Origin: Camelus ferus
Lineage: Eukaryota
Reading direction: 5' to 3'
Assembly: GCF_009834535.1 (NCBI RefSeq)
Contig: NC_045717.1
Coordinates: forward strand, 24,738,001 to 24,802,000
DNA length: 64,000 nt
Both the position numbers and the translations under genes were made by a program. Of this stretch, positions 33,651 through 56,084 are shown in pieces. Below the pieces are notes generated by a model, which worked only from the letters and a program-made list of their open reading frames with translations, ran no database searches and was not told the DNA's origin. Every line of letters begins with the position of its first letter. Within the stretch, counting starts at the first letter, position 1.

Positions 33651-35419
33651 TTTGATACGGTGGTGATCGTGTGTGTGTGTGTCCACGTGTTCCTTCACCA
33701 TCCACTCAGGCTGCCCCTGCCAGTGCATGGTGGTTGGTGCTATCCCAGTACAGTGTTCAGTATCATTTCAACGTGTCAGAAGGTCACACCAGCGGGTCCA
33801 AGACACGTGATCCAGGCCGGTCCAGTAGTCCATCTGTCACCCAGGGCCAGCCAATGGCACTTCTGTGATGGTGGAACTGTCCTGCATCTGTGCTGTTCTG
33901 AGGGGCAGCCACTGGCTCCATGTGTCTACTGAGCAGTTGAAACTGGAGCAGCCCCAGAACCAGATTTTTGACCTTTAGTTTTAACTACATTTCCATAGCC
34001 TGACGGGGCTGGTGCTGTTAGTGCAGGCTTATAAAATTGCTTTTTGTCTTACCCCATCAAAACTTGTAACTAGTGAAGCACGCTAGGGGCTCACTTGTAA
34101 AAGTTCCTAGGATGTGGTAAAGACCCCTTACCTAAATTCTGTGCTCGTACCAGCTCCTTGAGCAGCAGCAGTGAAGATTCCTTTGTCAGATTCTCTGGGT
34201 TTGTCAAAGAGTTTAACTCGGATTTGTTATATACGGGTTGTCCTCAGGCAGATGGGGAGAGTGAAGTACTGGTGGGTTATTGGCCAGGAGGTTGGCCAGG
34301 CTGCCCAGGCCTAAGCTTCACTAATGTGTCCATGAGGTTTCAGCTTTATTGCTGAATCTAAGTGTGGAAGGAGGAGAAAAAAGTAACGATATCAGACATT
34401 TTTGGCGCTAGATGACCAAGGTCAACATCAGTGATGAATCATGATAATGTAGACCCTTGATGTGATGAGAATGCCGCTCTGTGGCTTTCATAAAACCCAT
34501 CATCCCAGTCTAACCATGAGAAAAACAGGCAAATCCCAATTCAGGGGACTTACATAAAATACCTGACCAATCCTCAAAGCTCATTAAAAATCGGAAACCG
34601 AGAAGCTGTCCCAGCCCGGAGGAACCTAAGGAGGCATAACTAAATGTGACATGGGAAGATAAAGGACATTAGGGAAAAACAAGGGAGTCTATTCTGAATA
34701 AAGTATGGACTTTGGTTAACGTTTCACTGTTGGTTCATTAGTGGTGGCAAATGTACCAGACTAATGTAAGATGTAATGATAGGGAGAACTGGATATGGGA
34801 GAAGGCACTGCTGTAGCTGTGAACTGAAGTTCAGTAAGGGTGCAGGAAGGCGATCTCCAGGCAGGAGGAACAGCTTGTGCCAAAACATAACGGCGGAAAT
34901 GAGACGTTTGAGGTGGGAAGGAAGACAAATCGTGTTGGAGTGAAGAAGAGGGAGACTTGCCAAAGTCAGGGCGGTTAGCAAAGACAAAGAGACACAGGGT
35001 CTGTGTCAGACGGCATCTAAGGTAGTTCTGCATAGAAAGAATCTCAGCTATGCCTTTAAGGGCTATGTGACTTTGGCTGGATCTGTTCCCCCAACTGTAG
35101 AGTGGGTAAAGATATTACTGTATTTTACCTTCTCAGGTTGATTGGTACGCATTTAAGGTTCATTCAGCAGTAGCTGCTATCATTTATCTTAGGTCGAAAA
35201 GGAGTCACGAAACAATCCTCAAGAGTTAACGGCAACACCTGACTGACCTGATTCGCGTTTTTACGTATTTGGAAGTTGGGTAACATTTTACAGAGGAGGA
35301 AACTGCCACTCAAGGGCTTAAACAGCCCCAGGATCCACCCCAGGAGCTGTCATACCGGTTCTGGTCCTTGGATTCGCGTATCATGCCCAAGAAAGGCAGG
35401 AAGAGCGACGCAGGACTTC

Positions 35420-35830
35420 AGCATCCCGCCTCCCGACTTCAGAGCCGCGTCGGAGAACGGGCGGGGCGGACCAGGGGCCGGAAGTCGGAAGGTCAACTTC
35501 CGTAAGCTTGACCGGCGTTCAGTACAGCCAATCAGCTGCGGGAAGGCGAGGCTTTTCCAGAGACAGCATTCTGCTGAGGAGGGTGGGACGCCCGCGGGCC
35601 AGGGCTTGGAAAGTGGTGGAGGGCGGGGCTTCATGAGCGGCGGGCGCACTGACCACTGGGCCGTGGGATCTGCCTCTGGGGGGCGGGAGCTGGCGGGCGC
35701 GGTGACGTCGCACGGGTCGGCACTTCGAGGCAGCCGAAGCGGCGGCGCCCGAGGACGCGGCGGCGGCCAGCGCGGCTGAGGGGCCGGTCCGTGGTGCGGG
35801 GCCGAGGAGGGTGCGGAATGGGCTCGGTCT
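35420..35830 (+). promoter_or_regulatory. DAPK3 CpG-island promoter and probable non-coding exon 1 (~35720-35786; donor uncertain)
   Basis: GC box 35462-35468, ETS/GABP cluster CCGGAAGT 35478-35485, CGGAAGG and ACTTCCG 35496-35502, CCAAT 35528-35532, TGACGTC 35703-35709. Exon 2 starts at a splice acceptor (36827), so an upstream exon is required. Confidence 0.8.
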
Positions 35831-36905
35831 GAGGCTGGCGGATGGAGGGGCCCTCGGGGGAGTTGAGGGGTGACGTTTAGGGACCCCTGGGATGACCTGG
35901 CCGGAGGAGGTGGACCGGGGCCTGTGAGGGGCGTGGTGGCATCTGGGACGCTGGAGCAGGGGCGTTAGGGGTTGGGGAGACCTTGGAGGCTTCTATGACG
36001 GAAGCCATCGGGGTCTGCCTTGGGGCCTGTGAGAAGGCTGGGGGTGAAGGACGATGGAGGAGACTCTCAAATGTGGCCCTTTGCGGGGTCCCGTTTGGGG
36101 CTTGGAGACTCGGGGTGGGGGACTTTGAAACCTTGAAGGGTGGGCGTTTTCGAGGAGCGAGGAGAAAGAAGTTAGCTTTGCTAGGACAGTGGAAGTCAGG
36201 GGCAGGCAAGAGTGAGTAGGGACCTTGCAGGAGCTTGGAAGCCATTGTCCAGTTCCCGGGGAATTCAAGACTGAGGGGAGTAAGAGATGGGGTGAGCACT
36301 GCTGCGGGGCGTCTTAAGAGACCAGCCGAGATAGGGAGGGGGTGTAGGAGTAGCGCGGGTAAGGACAGGGAGGGGTTGAGGTTGCAGATGGGCAGGGAGA
36401 TGGGAGTGTGTTGGGACTGGAACCAGTTAGGAAACTTGTCAGAGAATCAGGGAGCCCCAGGGTTTGGTGGTGTGAAGAGTGTGGGGGAACTTGCAGGAAT
36501 GTGTGGGGCTCTGGACGAACATGTTGAGAGAAGCCTGGGAAGGAGAGGCAGGGAAAGACTGGGGCACTGTGGAGAACCAGAGGTATGTGCTTGGCGGGAG
36601 TTGTGGGAGTGAAGGTGGCACAGTGGGGCTAATACTGACCTATTGGGTGGTGTGATAGCTAAATGAGATGACACAGGAAAGTACCCCACCCACCAAGTGC
36701 AAGTGCTTTCTGTGAGGAGAGTGGAGTTTCACTGTGGGGTGATGTGAAACCTGTTTTTGGGGAGCGAGTCTGTTCACCTAGAAGTAATGGCTGGCATCTC
36801 CTTTCCTACTTCCCTGTCTCCTCCAGGGTCACAGCTAGAGGATTCCCCGGGCCACTGTGACAGTTTTCACTGGAGTGGAAGGTGCTGGAAGGCAGACCGG
36901 CCACC

Positions 36906-47328
<10,423 letters not shown>

Positions 47329-48964
47329 GGCCTCCTGGGGTATGCGGTGTCCCGCAGCTCTGGGTGGCGCCCCCATCACCCTGGTGTGGCCCTCCCTGGA
47401 GGGCCCGCAGGCTGGAGGCTGACTTGGGAAGAGCGCTGGTCTGGAATGCACTTCGCGGGGCCCAGGAATTCACGGCCGACGGGAGGACCTTGGCTCGGCT
47501 CTGCCCCGGGAGGACGTGCTGGTCTGGCCTCTGCAGAGCCTGCGTCCCCCCCCCAGCTCAGCCCCTCTGTCCTGCAACTCAACTCTGGGGGCTTCTGGGC
47601 CAGTGTCCCCTCAGGAACTCTGAATTCTGTGAGGAGTTGACATCTCCAGTATGGAACTGGCCACAGTGGACACAGATGCCTCACACCTGGGGGTGTCAGC
47701 GTGGCAGCCTTTGTGCCCAGGGCTTGGGCCAGCAGCTTCAGGCCCTCCATGTGACCCAAGTGCATGGAGCCTTGGGGAGGGCCTCTGAGTGCCCGGGCTC
47801 GCCCCAGGGCTCAGAATTGATGGGCTCCTGCTGGACACCCCAGCTCCTCTTCTGCAGACAGGAGGCTGCTCCTCCCGGGTCAGTGGTGGAGGTGGCCTCT
47901 GAGCCCGGCCCTTCAGATCCCTAGCCCCTCACATTGTCCCCAGCCTGGGGCAGGGCACCAGGGCCAGAGCTGAGATGACCCAGCCCTCAAGGAGCTGTTG
48001 GTCTGGGGTAGTACTGGGGAGACCGTGTGGCAGGCACAGTGCCAGAATGCAGTAGAGAAAACAGCTAGCTGCAAAGGGGGTCTCCACTCCCCCCCGTGAG
48101 GCGGGCCCACTGGGGGCCAGGCGGGGAAGAGCTGCGGCTGCCCGCGGCCCTCCCCAGTGGGGCAGGCTGTGGAGCCATCCTCTCCTCTCCAGCTCCCCGA
48201 CAGCACAGAGCCCCTGACTCACCAGAGCCATCAGTGAGGGTCCCACCCTTGCCTCTTCCCCTGCCCCATCTCACTGTCTTCTCCAGTGCTGCCTTCGGAA
48301 CCATTAGGGCTTCAGGCCAGCAGCTCTCGTGTGGGCCCCGTGGAGTAATTGCTAGAGGCCCATGTTCCCAGTGTCCCCTCCCTAGAGAGCCCCAGGGACC
48401 CTTACAACCACCTCCCTGCCCATGCTCCATGCTGTCCCGTGCATGGAGCAGCCCGTTCCACTGCCTCCCCAGTGTTTGCAGGAACACGCCTGTGGGAGGA
48501 CCCTGGGAGAGCGTGCCCTGGACCAGAGGGTTAAGGGGGTTGAGCGAGCAGTTCCGCAGTGTGCCACTAGGTGCTGCCCTTGAGCGGCATTTGCACCCCA
48601 GAGGAAGTGCCAGGCTTCAATGAAACGTGGGTCCCTGGCCTGTGGCTGCCCTGAACTTGGAATTCTCTGTTGCTGGTTGTGTTAATCAAGGGATCCTGTG
48701 CAGCATCCCCTTAGCCCAAGAGGAGTCCTCGGGATGGAGGTCAACTCCAGCCGAGTGCAAGGAGGAGCTGGGCAGGTGGGCGGGTACTCCAGCTGTGGCC
48801 CTGGTTGGGGCTCAGGTCACAGGACCCTGCAGGACCGAGGAGGGTGTTGGAACCTAGCTGTGGGGCTGGCAAAGCCTTTGGTGGGGTGGGCCCGCTGTAT
48901 CCCCCTCAGGACCTCCATTGTATGACATGCATGTCTCTAAGCATGTGCCTGCTTAGAAAAGGGA

Positions 48965-48970
48965 AATAAA
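48965..48970 (+). terminator. Probable DAPK3 polyadenylation signal
   Basis: First AATAAA I found downstream of the stop codon, followed by a GT/T-rich tract. Confidence 0.7.
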
Positions 48971-50419
48971 GCCTGGCTTCCCGGCGTCCAGCTGTTCTCT
49001 GCTCAGGCCGGGGCAGGGACAGCCAGCCTTGGTGGTCACCTGGTGTCACAGCCTCTCTGGCCTCTTGTGTCTCCTTCCCTCTGTCACTGCCTGCACCTGC
49101 GCTCCTTGGGCAGAATTGGGCAGACCTGGGGGGCCCTGGAGGCTGCCCTGATCTTGGGGTTCAGCTGGACCCTGGTTCTTTCCATTGCGATGACTTGGAG
49201 GCTTCTGAGCAGCCAGAGTGGGCCGAGAAGGGTTTCCTGCCCTTTGTGCCCCTTCGGACACTGCCAGGTCACACGTGGGCTCCCCTGCCCTGCTTTGGGC
49301 TCACCTGGAGGAGGCGCCGTTGCTGCTTCTGCTGCCACTCTGTGGCCTCTGGGTGTGGAGTGGGCTCCGAGGACGGCTTCTCTGGTCCTCTGCTGCTTTC
49401 TGAGTGGCCCAGTCAGTCTTGTTATCTCGTTCCATGCATTGAGGGGCACATCACTCGTTTTTTTTTTTTTTAATTAGTTTTAAACTGAGATACAACCCAT
49501 AAAATTCATCCTTTTATAGCTCTTTTTGGTCAACAACTTCCATTTAAAATCTCAGTAAATTTCAGCTTTTGTCAAATGGTCAGATTTCCCCAGTCAGTCT
49601 ATGATTGTCCTTTATAGCTGGCACCTGGCTGTTAGGGCTTCAAGACAGGGCTCTGAGCAGCACATCCCCAGATGGTACGTTGCAAAGTGCGGTCAGTCTG
49701 TGGCAGGAAAGGGGCGCGCAGTGTGGGTGCTTGTGTAAGATCAGTGGGCATCATCTTGGGTGCCACCTGCCTCCTGTGGAAAAGGAGGCGCTTCTCTGCA
49801 GTGCTGGAGGGTCTCTAGACACCAAGGGTGGTTAGCCAGAGGCTCCCTGGAGATCCCAGAGGCCCAGTAAACAGCATTAATCCAGCCAACTTTACCCAGT
49901 CATCTCCCACTGTGGGCGCCACGTCAGATGCTGGAGATGTGAGTGGGAAGTGGAGACAATGTCTGTCTTGATGAGGGTAGAGACGGGGGCCCTCACCCGT
50001 CCAGTCTTTCTGATGAAGACTGGGTAGAACTCAAAATTCCCTTTGGACTCACACCTGCCCATTCAGTATCCAAAGCGCCTCCATACTGAGGGCAAATTCC
50101 CCAGTGCCTTCAGCGGTGGCATGAGTAGGCACCCTCGCTTTGGAGACAACCTCTGCCCCGCGCCCCTTGACCTGGGTTATCTTGGCTGGCTCAGCTCAGC
50201 GCAGCCTCAGCTTCCTCAGCCTGTCAGTTCAGGGCACAGGGAACCACGCTGTGGTCATAAAGTACCTCACCAGTGTATCTGGCCCACCTAAGCACTTGGC
50301 ACTGTCCCACTGCAGAGCCTGTGGGGCTAACACTTAATTTATTCTGCCTGTGGCAGGCAGACCCTAGGATGGCCTCCAAGGAGCCCTGACTCCTACTCCC
50401 CACTCCCGTGAGAGCAGGC

Positions 50420-50812
50420 CGGGCTAGTGGCAGATTCTAACCGACAGTGCTGCGAAGGAGGTGGAGGTCATGTCCATGGTGGGGCTGCACAGGCTGACTT
50501 CCATCGTGCTAGCTGGCTCTCCCTTGCTGGCTTTGATGCAACGAGCTGTCATGCCCACATGGCAAGGAACAGCCAGCCAGGAATGAAGCCTGCCAACCAC
50601 ATGAGGGATCCTAGTGGTGGATCCTTCCCCAGTTGAGCCTTTGGATAAAATCCAGCCTGGCCTGACACCTGGATTGCAGCCTCCCAGGGAACCCTGAGCA
50701 GAAAACCAAGGTAAGCCCTGCGAGATTCCTGACCCACAGCTGTGAGATGACAGTGTATTGCTTTAAGGCACCAAGTTTGTGGTGCTTTATTACGCAGCAG
50801 TAGCTGACTCAC
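50420..50812. mobile_element. MLT1 LTR fragment
   Basis: GCCTGCCAACCACATGAG..TTCCTGACCCACAG..AGTTTGTGGTGCTTTATTACGCAGCAGTAG. Confidence 0.6.
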
Positions 50813-52754
50813 ACTGATGAAGGTGCACTGCGCCTGCTCCCAGGTTTACTGAGCAATCCGACTCTCAAGTCGCCCCTTTAGGCACCCCATCCCTCAGCCC
50901 TTTTCTTTCAGGGGTATGATTGGGGGTGCATGTTAGCACCTTCTCAGGTCTGCAGAGTGAGGGCTCCCTGCATCTGGTTTTGCCTTGTGCAAAATAAGGA
51001 TGTTTTCTTGTCTGCTGCTGAAGATGTGTTGGAATGAACTGTGGGAGCCTTGACCCTGTCCCTCCAGCTGGTGGGAGGCTGGTGGGAGTCAGGCCGTACC
51101 TGGCCCAAGACTGGCTCGGGGTTTGGCTGCAGTGTATGTGAAACTCTGCAAGGAAAGGGTTGAAAGCCTGTATTTCTCTCAGTGAAGCTCGCGCAGGAGA
51201 AGGCAGGTGAGGGAGGCTGGGGTTCCAGGGCCAGCTCTGCGCCGAACTTGCAGATTCCCCCTCCTTGCTGGCTGCATGGAGGTAGTGATTCCTTCCTTCG
51301 CCGGAGATGCTACGAGGAGTAAGTGGGAACTTGCAGAGCACTGTGTAAACATAACGGTGCAGCTTACATCCCAGGGTTGACCTGAGACCAGCAAAGCTGG
51401 TGTTTCGAGGCAGGTCAAGTTCTCTAAATGGACACTGTGACACCAGCTTCAGAGTGAGACAAGGGTGGGCACAGGGGTCACGAGCGATGCCTCTAGAGCC
51501 ACACGGCCCCACACCCCCGCCACAGGGAAGGGAGAGGGTCTGGGAGGGCTCAGATTTGGGGCAGCTGACAGAGTCCAAGCTTTATTTGATTGAAGTCACG
51601 AGGGTCAGAAAAGGTCACCATCATCATCCTTTAGGTTCCGGCTGATCTTGTGGTTGAGCACTCAAAGGGAGGTGCTTCAGGCTAATCTGTACCATGACTG
51701 CCAGAGCTGGGAGCCCTTACAGCTGATCTATTATCTTTGCTATTGTCACTTCTCTTGCCTGGTAAGTCATTCCTCCCTGCATTCTTTTGTTCCCTTAATT
51801 ACTGAGGCCTGTTCAAGGACAAACATTGTGGCCAGGCTTAGATTCCAAACTGGCTTAGGTCAAAAATGGCTTCCCTGATGTCAAGAAAGCCATGCCTGGT
51901 TCTGTTTCTCCAGGACCCATGCCTTGTGTGCTTTCACTGGCTCCCTTGGGCGGGGATACGGCACTGGTGTGATCGGCTCTGGGCTGAGCCGTCTCACTGC
52001 CCCCGGTGGAATCTGGCCCGTTGGTTCCACCTTTAGGAGGAACCTGGCAACAGGCCCTGCAGGAAAGCTCCCCAGTGGGCAGAAAGCCTCCTGGCTTTGC
52101 CAGTGACCAGCAGAGAAGAGTCAGAAGGGGCAGGACCCGGGGTGAGGCAGGGGAGGAGTGGGGGGTCTCATGGCCCACTCAGGGGAGACAGTTTCAAGGA
52201 TACCCCATGTCAGGGATTGGCACAAGGGCAGCCAGTGACATTCCCGGCTCATTGCCTTGCATGACTTCCTGCTCTTCTGTTGGGTGGGGAGCTGAGGCAG
52301 CGTAGGGCGGCAGCAAGATGCCCTGGAGAAGCAGGGCCTCATTGGTGGGGGCCTCAGTGGGGGTCACTGAGCGGCCCTCCCGGATTTGGCAGATGGAAGA
52401 TGGAGCCAGAATATAGGCCTTGTACCACATTGTGCATTCGTCACACACCATCTGCAAAATGAGTCAGATGGTCCTGGGTTTGACGCAGCCTGATTGGTTC
52501 TTGGTAGACAAGGTACAGCTTTGTCCTCCTTAGGGACAGTGGTTCCTGGGGTGGCAGCAAGGGTTGGAGGACAGGCTGTGTCGGGATCCGGCACACACCG
52601 GGCACCCCTCACTAGGCATGAGTCTTGTTAGATTTGGGGGCTTAGGCACCGGAGTCACCCGGCCACGCTGGGTCCTGCACCTGCCTCTCGTAGGTCAGAG
52701 GGCCGCCCTCGGGCCACAGCTGCTGTGCTCCTGACCATACTTGGGCAAGAGGCA

Positions 52755-52901
52755 GCGGCCGCTATTAATAACCGGTGAGGCCCACCAGGCGCAGGGTGGC
52801 GGGTGGCTCCTATAAAGCCAGCCCCACCAGCCCCAAGAGGCTCCTTCAGCCCCCGAGACCTTTAGCCCCCCTGTTGTACAGAGAGAAAAAGAAAAGTAAG
52901 T
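52755..52901 (+). promoter_or_regulatory. Muscle-type regulatory module (MEF2 + TATA + splice donor); candidate promoter of an unannotated transcript
   Basis: CTATTAATAA 52762-52771 fits YTAWWWWTAR; TATAAA 52811-52816; AA|GTAAGT 52896-52901. Confidence 0.55.
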
Positions 52902-54428
52902 ACCGAAACCATCCCCTGGTCCCTCCGCCCGGCCCCACTCGGTGGCCTGAAAGTGAGACACAGAACAGTGGTGAAAGACATGCCCCCTTGCAAAGGACGC
53001 GTGGAACACAGCCGCGGGGGCCCTTAACTGGCCCAGGAGGGAAGAGGGCTGGCGGGGGGGAGAAGGAGGGGGCTGGGCCTTTTCTTCCTCAATTTTCTTT
53101 GTCCTAGAGGGGACAGATCTGGGGACCATGCCCCGGCCAGGCGACCCCAGGATGCATGTGTGTCTTGCAGTGACGTGGCCGTGGTGCTGGCTCCCCTCAG
53201 GGAGTTCACGGCTTCCTCTCTACCCCACCCCTGTCCCCAGACCCCACCCTGTGTCCCCCATGCTACCCCCGGGGTTCTTTATTTTTGAAGGTCCCTATAT
53301 GGAAGGACTTACGGACCAGTCCAGAAATGAACCCTGTTTGCATGATTGTACCCCAAGACGCCTCCACTCTGGGAGCTTTCCGACCCCACCTGCCACCCCC
53401 TCCCTCCCTGACTGGTTGAATGCCAGAGAAGCTTAAAGGGAACCGGGAGGCCCGGGGCTCCCTTCACAGTGTGCTGAGTAGATTTGGGGGGCTCCTGGGT
53501 GGCAGCCGAGGGCATGTGGCTGGTCCTGTCTGTCTCAGTCCTGCTCCTCCCCCAGGCACTGGCTGGCCCCCGCAAGTCTGCCCCAAGAATGTCCCCTCAG
53601 GGACTTGGCAGGCAGGGCGCCTGAGATGGGGGTGGCGCTCAGAGGTGACAGCTTCGGGCTCTGGGTGAGGGTGAGGGCACCGGCAGAGTAACTGCTGATT
53701 AAGAGGGCTGGCTGAGTGCTACTTGATGTGAGTGGCAAGTGCTTGGGGTGGGGGGGTCCTGAAATAGAGTGAGAAAAGGGGGCAGGGAGATGGGGCTGCA
53801 GCCTCACCCCCGCCTCCCAGGGCCTCTGCCTCCATCTGTCTCCTTCCATGGCTGTTAGGACATTTGGGGAAGGGCCTCAGGGCTCAGCTCCGGTAGTATG
53901 AGCGTCCAGGGGCTGGGGGCTCCTATGGGGATGCTTTGCATGGAAGGTTGCCTGTCTGTGTGTCAGCAGTGGGCTGGGGTGTGCAGGTTCTCCCCAGCAG
54001 GGCAGAGGCTTCAGATTGGCCTCCTTATTGGGGTGACCTCAGAGGAGCCAGGTTGCAGCGAGAGGCCCACGGGATCTTGCCCAGCCCCCTTAGCCCCCAT
54101 TGACCCTCCTCAGGCAGCCCTCCACACGTCCTCCCTGGGAGGCGGGGGCCACTCCTCCTCCCCCACAGCCTGGGCTCCCTGCACCCAGGGCCCTACAGGG
54201 ATCAAGGAAGGGGGCAGCAGGAAGGCCTGGCCGAGTTCCTCGTGGTGGGGGATGACTTGGCCCAGGCGGGTGTCAGCCACGGGACGACTGGCACGTGGGC
54301 GTATGTGTCACATGTGTGTGTGTGTCAGGATCTGTCCCGTTCTGGGCTCTCAGCCTTCTCCACACAGCGAGTCCCACTCAGGGCACCTCCAGGGGACCAG
54401 GGTTTGAGCCAATTCTCTGCCCTTAGTC

Positions 54429-54640
54429 CAGGGTGTCTCCCCCTTGGCACTGTTGACATTTGGGCTGGATTGTTCTCAGTTGTGGGACCGTCTTGGGCAC
54501 TGTGGGGGGTTGAGCAGCATCCGTGACCTCCACCCCCTTAGTACCAGGAGCACCCCAGTCTGACAATTTCAGACATTCCCAGACGTGGCTCCGTGTCCCG
54601 GAGGGCAGGGAGCAGAATCACCCCCAGTTGAGAAGCACTG
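54429..54640 (-). mobile_element. MER20-like hAT MITE
   Basis: GGCACTGTTGACATTTGGGCTGGAT..AGCAGCATCC..CAGTTGAGAAGCACTG. Confidence 0.75.
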
Positions 54641-55720
54641 ACTTGAGGCGGTTCTCGGCCTTGAACAAGTGTTTCGGGAAGGCGGGGTGCTTGTTGCTGG
54701 GCGCCCCAGCGCGGTCTTGGGGGATGGGTGGGCAGGTGTTCTGAGTGTTTGCAGTGATGAGCTTTATTCTAATGTGTGTCAGGAAACTCACGTTTTCCCT
54801 TCCACAGCAAGGCCGTAAAGTGTCCTCTTGAATGAATTTAGTTAAAATCCATCAAATAAGCGAGACTCATAAAAGCAACCAACAACGACAACAACTAAGT
54901 ACTGTGGTGACCGTGGGGGCGTCCGCAGCCCCGTGGTGAGGGCGGGAGGAGAGTGAGTGGCCTCAGAGGCAGCGGGGGCGCCGGGAGTTGGGAGGCTTCT
55001 CTGGGGGAGGGGGAGCCTGGCAGTGCCTGGTCCTGCCACTGGCCAGGCACAGGACAGGGGCGCAGCCGGGCCCCAGGTCCTCATCATGGTGGGTGGCTAC
55101 GCCGGCCACAAAAAAAATCAGCAGTGCACATCCCCAGCACAGGGAGGGAGCGAGGCGCGGAAGTGGCACTTGTTGCATGCCCGGGGACCTCTCGCAAGGA
55201 AGGGGCTGAGGCCGCTGGGTTCCGGAGCTGCCCACTTACGCCCTGGACTGTCCTGTCTTAGGGTGTCCTGTCCTGGGGCCAGAGGAGACCACCTGGCACT
55301 GACTGAGGGGTACCCCTGGGGGTGCTTGGTGGACACAGAAGGGGCGCATCAGATGCGTCTTGGGGTTCTGCCTGGGGAGGGCAGGGGCTGCAGGAGAGGC
55401 ACAGGTTAGTCTAACTGGCGTCATCACTGCCCAGAGCCGCCCCGGCACAGGCAACAGCAGGGTTGGATTTGCTGGGCCCATCAAGTGCTTATGGGAGGAA
55501 CGAGAGAATCTTCCTGGGACGTGGATGGAAAGACGGAAGATCCGATGGGGTGAGGGTGAGGCATCCTACCCTGGCTGGAGAAGGCCCTGGATCGGCATTT
55601 GAGATTTGACTTAAAGTCTTAGCTCTGCTCAGTGATGTTGGCCATGTCCTTTTCGTCTCTGAATCCTAGAGAGGTGGGTCATAGAGTAATCTGACTTCTC
55701 AAGGTGGTTGGCCCCTGGCC

Positions 55721-55827
55721 AGGGCGGCCAGCTTCCTGTTTCCCTGGGCCTGGGCTTTCCCGGGGGGGAGCTTTCAGTGCTGAAACCGGGAAAGTTCTGG
55801 GCAAACTGGGACCAAGAGGTCCCCCTA
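55721..55827 (+). mobile_element. MER81-like hAT-Blackjack MITE
   Basis: CTTTCAGTGCTGAAACCGGGAAAGTTCTGGGCAAACTGGGAC with degenerate AGGGTGACC-type TIRs. Confidence 0.7.
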
Positions 55828-56084
55828 TTGCTACTGTTCTCGTAAAGACTGAGGAGTCTGGTGGCCAGGCAGGGCTCTGGCTGCCCCGGAGTCACCTCTC
55901 CCATGTCCCTGTCCCATCCTGGACTAAATCAGGCCTGGTGACGGGCAGACCAGCCTCACAGTGCTGCGTGCTTGTGGCAAAGGGCAGGCCTTGGCAGGCC
56001 CGCCTGCGCTCCCTCCTGGCCCGGCACCAGTTCCCACGCGGCCTCCAGGACACAGCGACCTCTCCCCAGGGCCCTCCGGCCCAG

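Noticed and set aside
34425-34480. GTGATGA motifs suggesting a second C/D snoRNA
   Set aside because: Within an L1MC-like 3' fragment; no matching D box, stem or rRNA guide.
50865-51578. 237-aa minus-strand ORF
   Set aside because: No recognisable domain, splice or promoter support; plausible by chance in GC-rich DNA.
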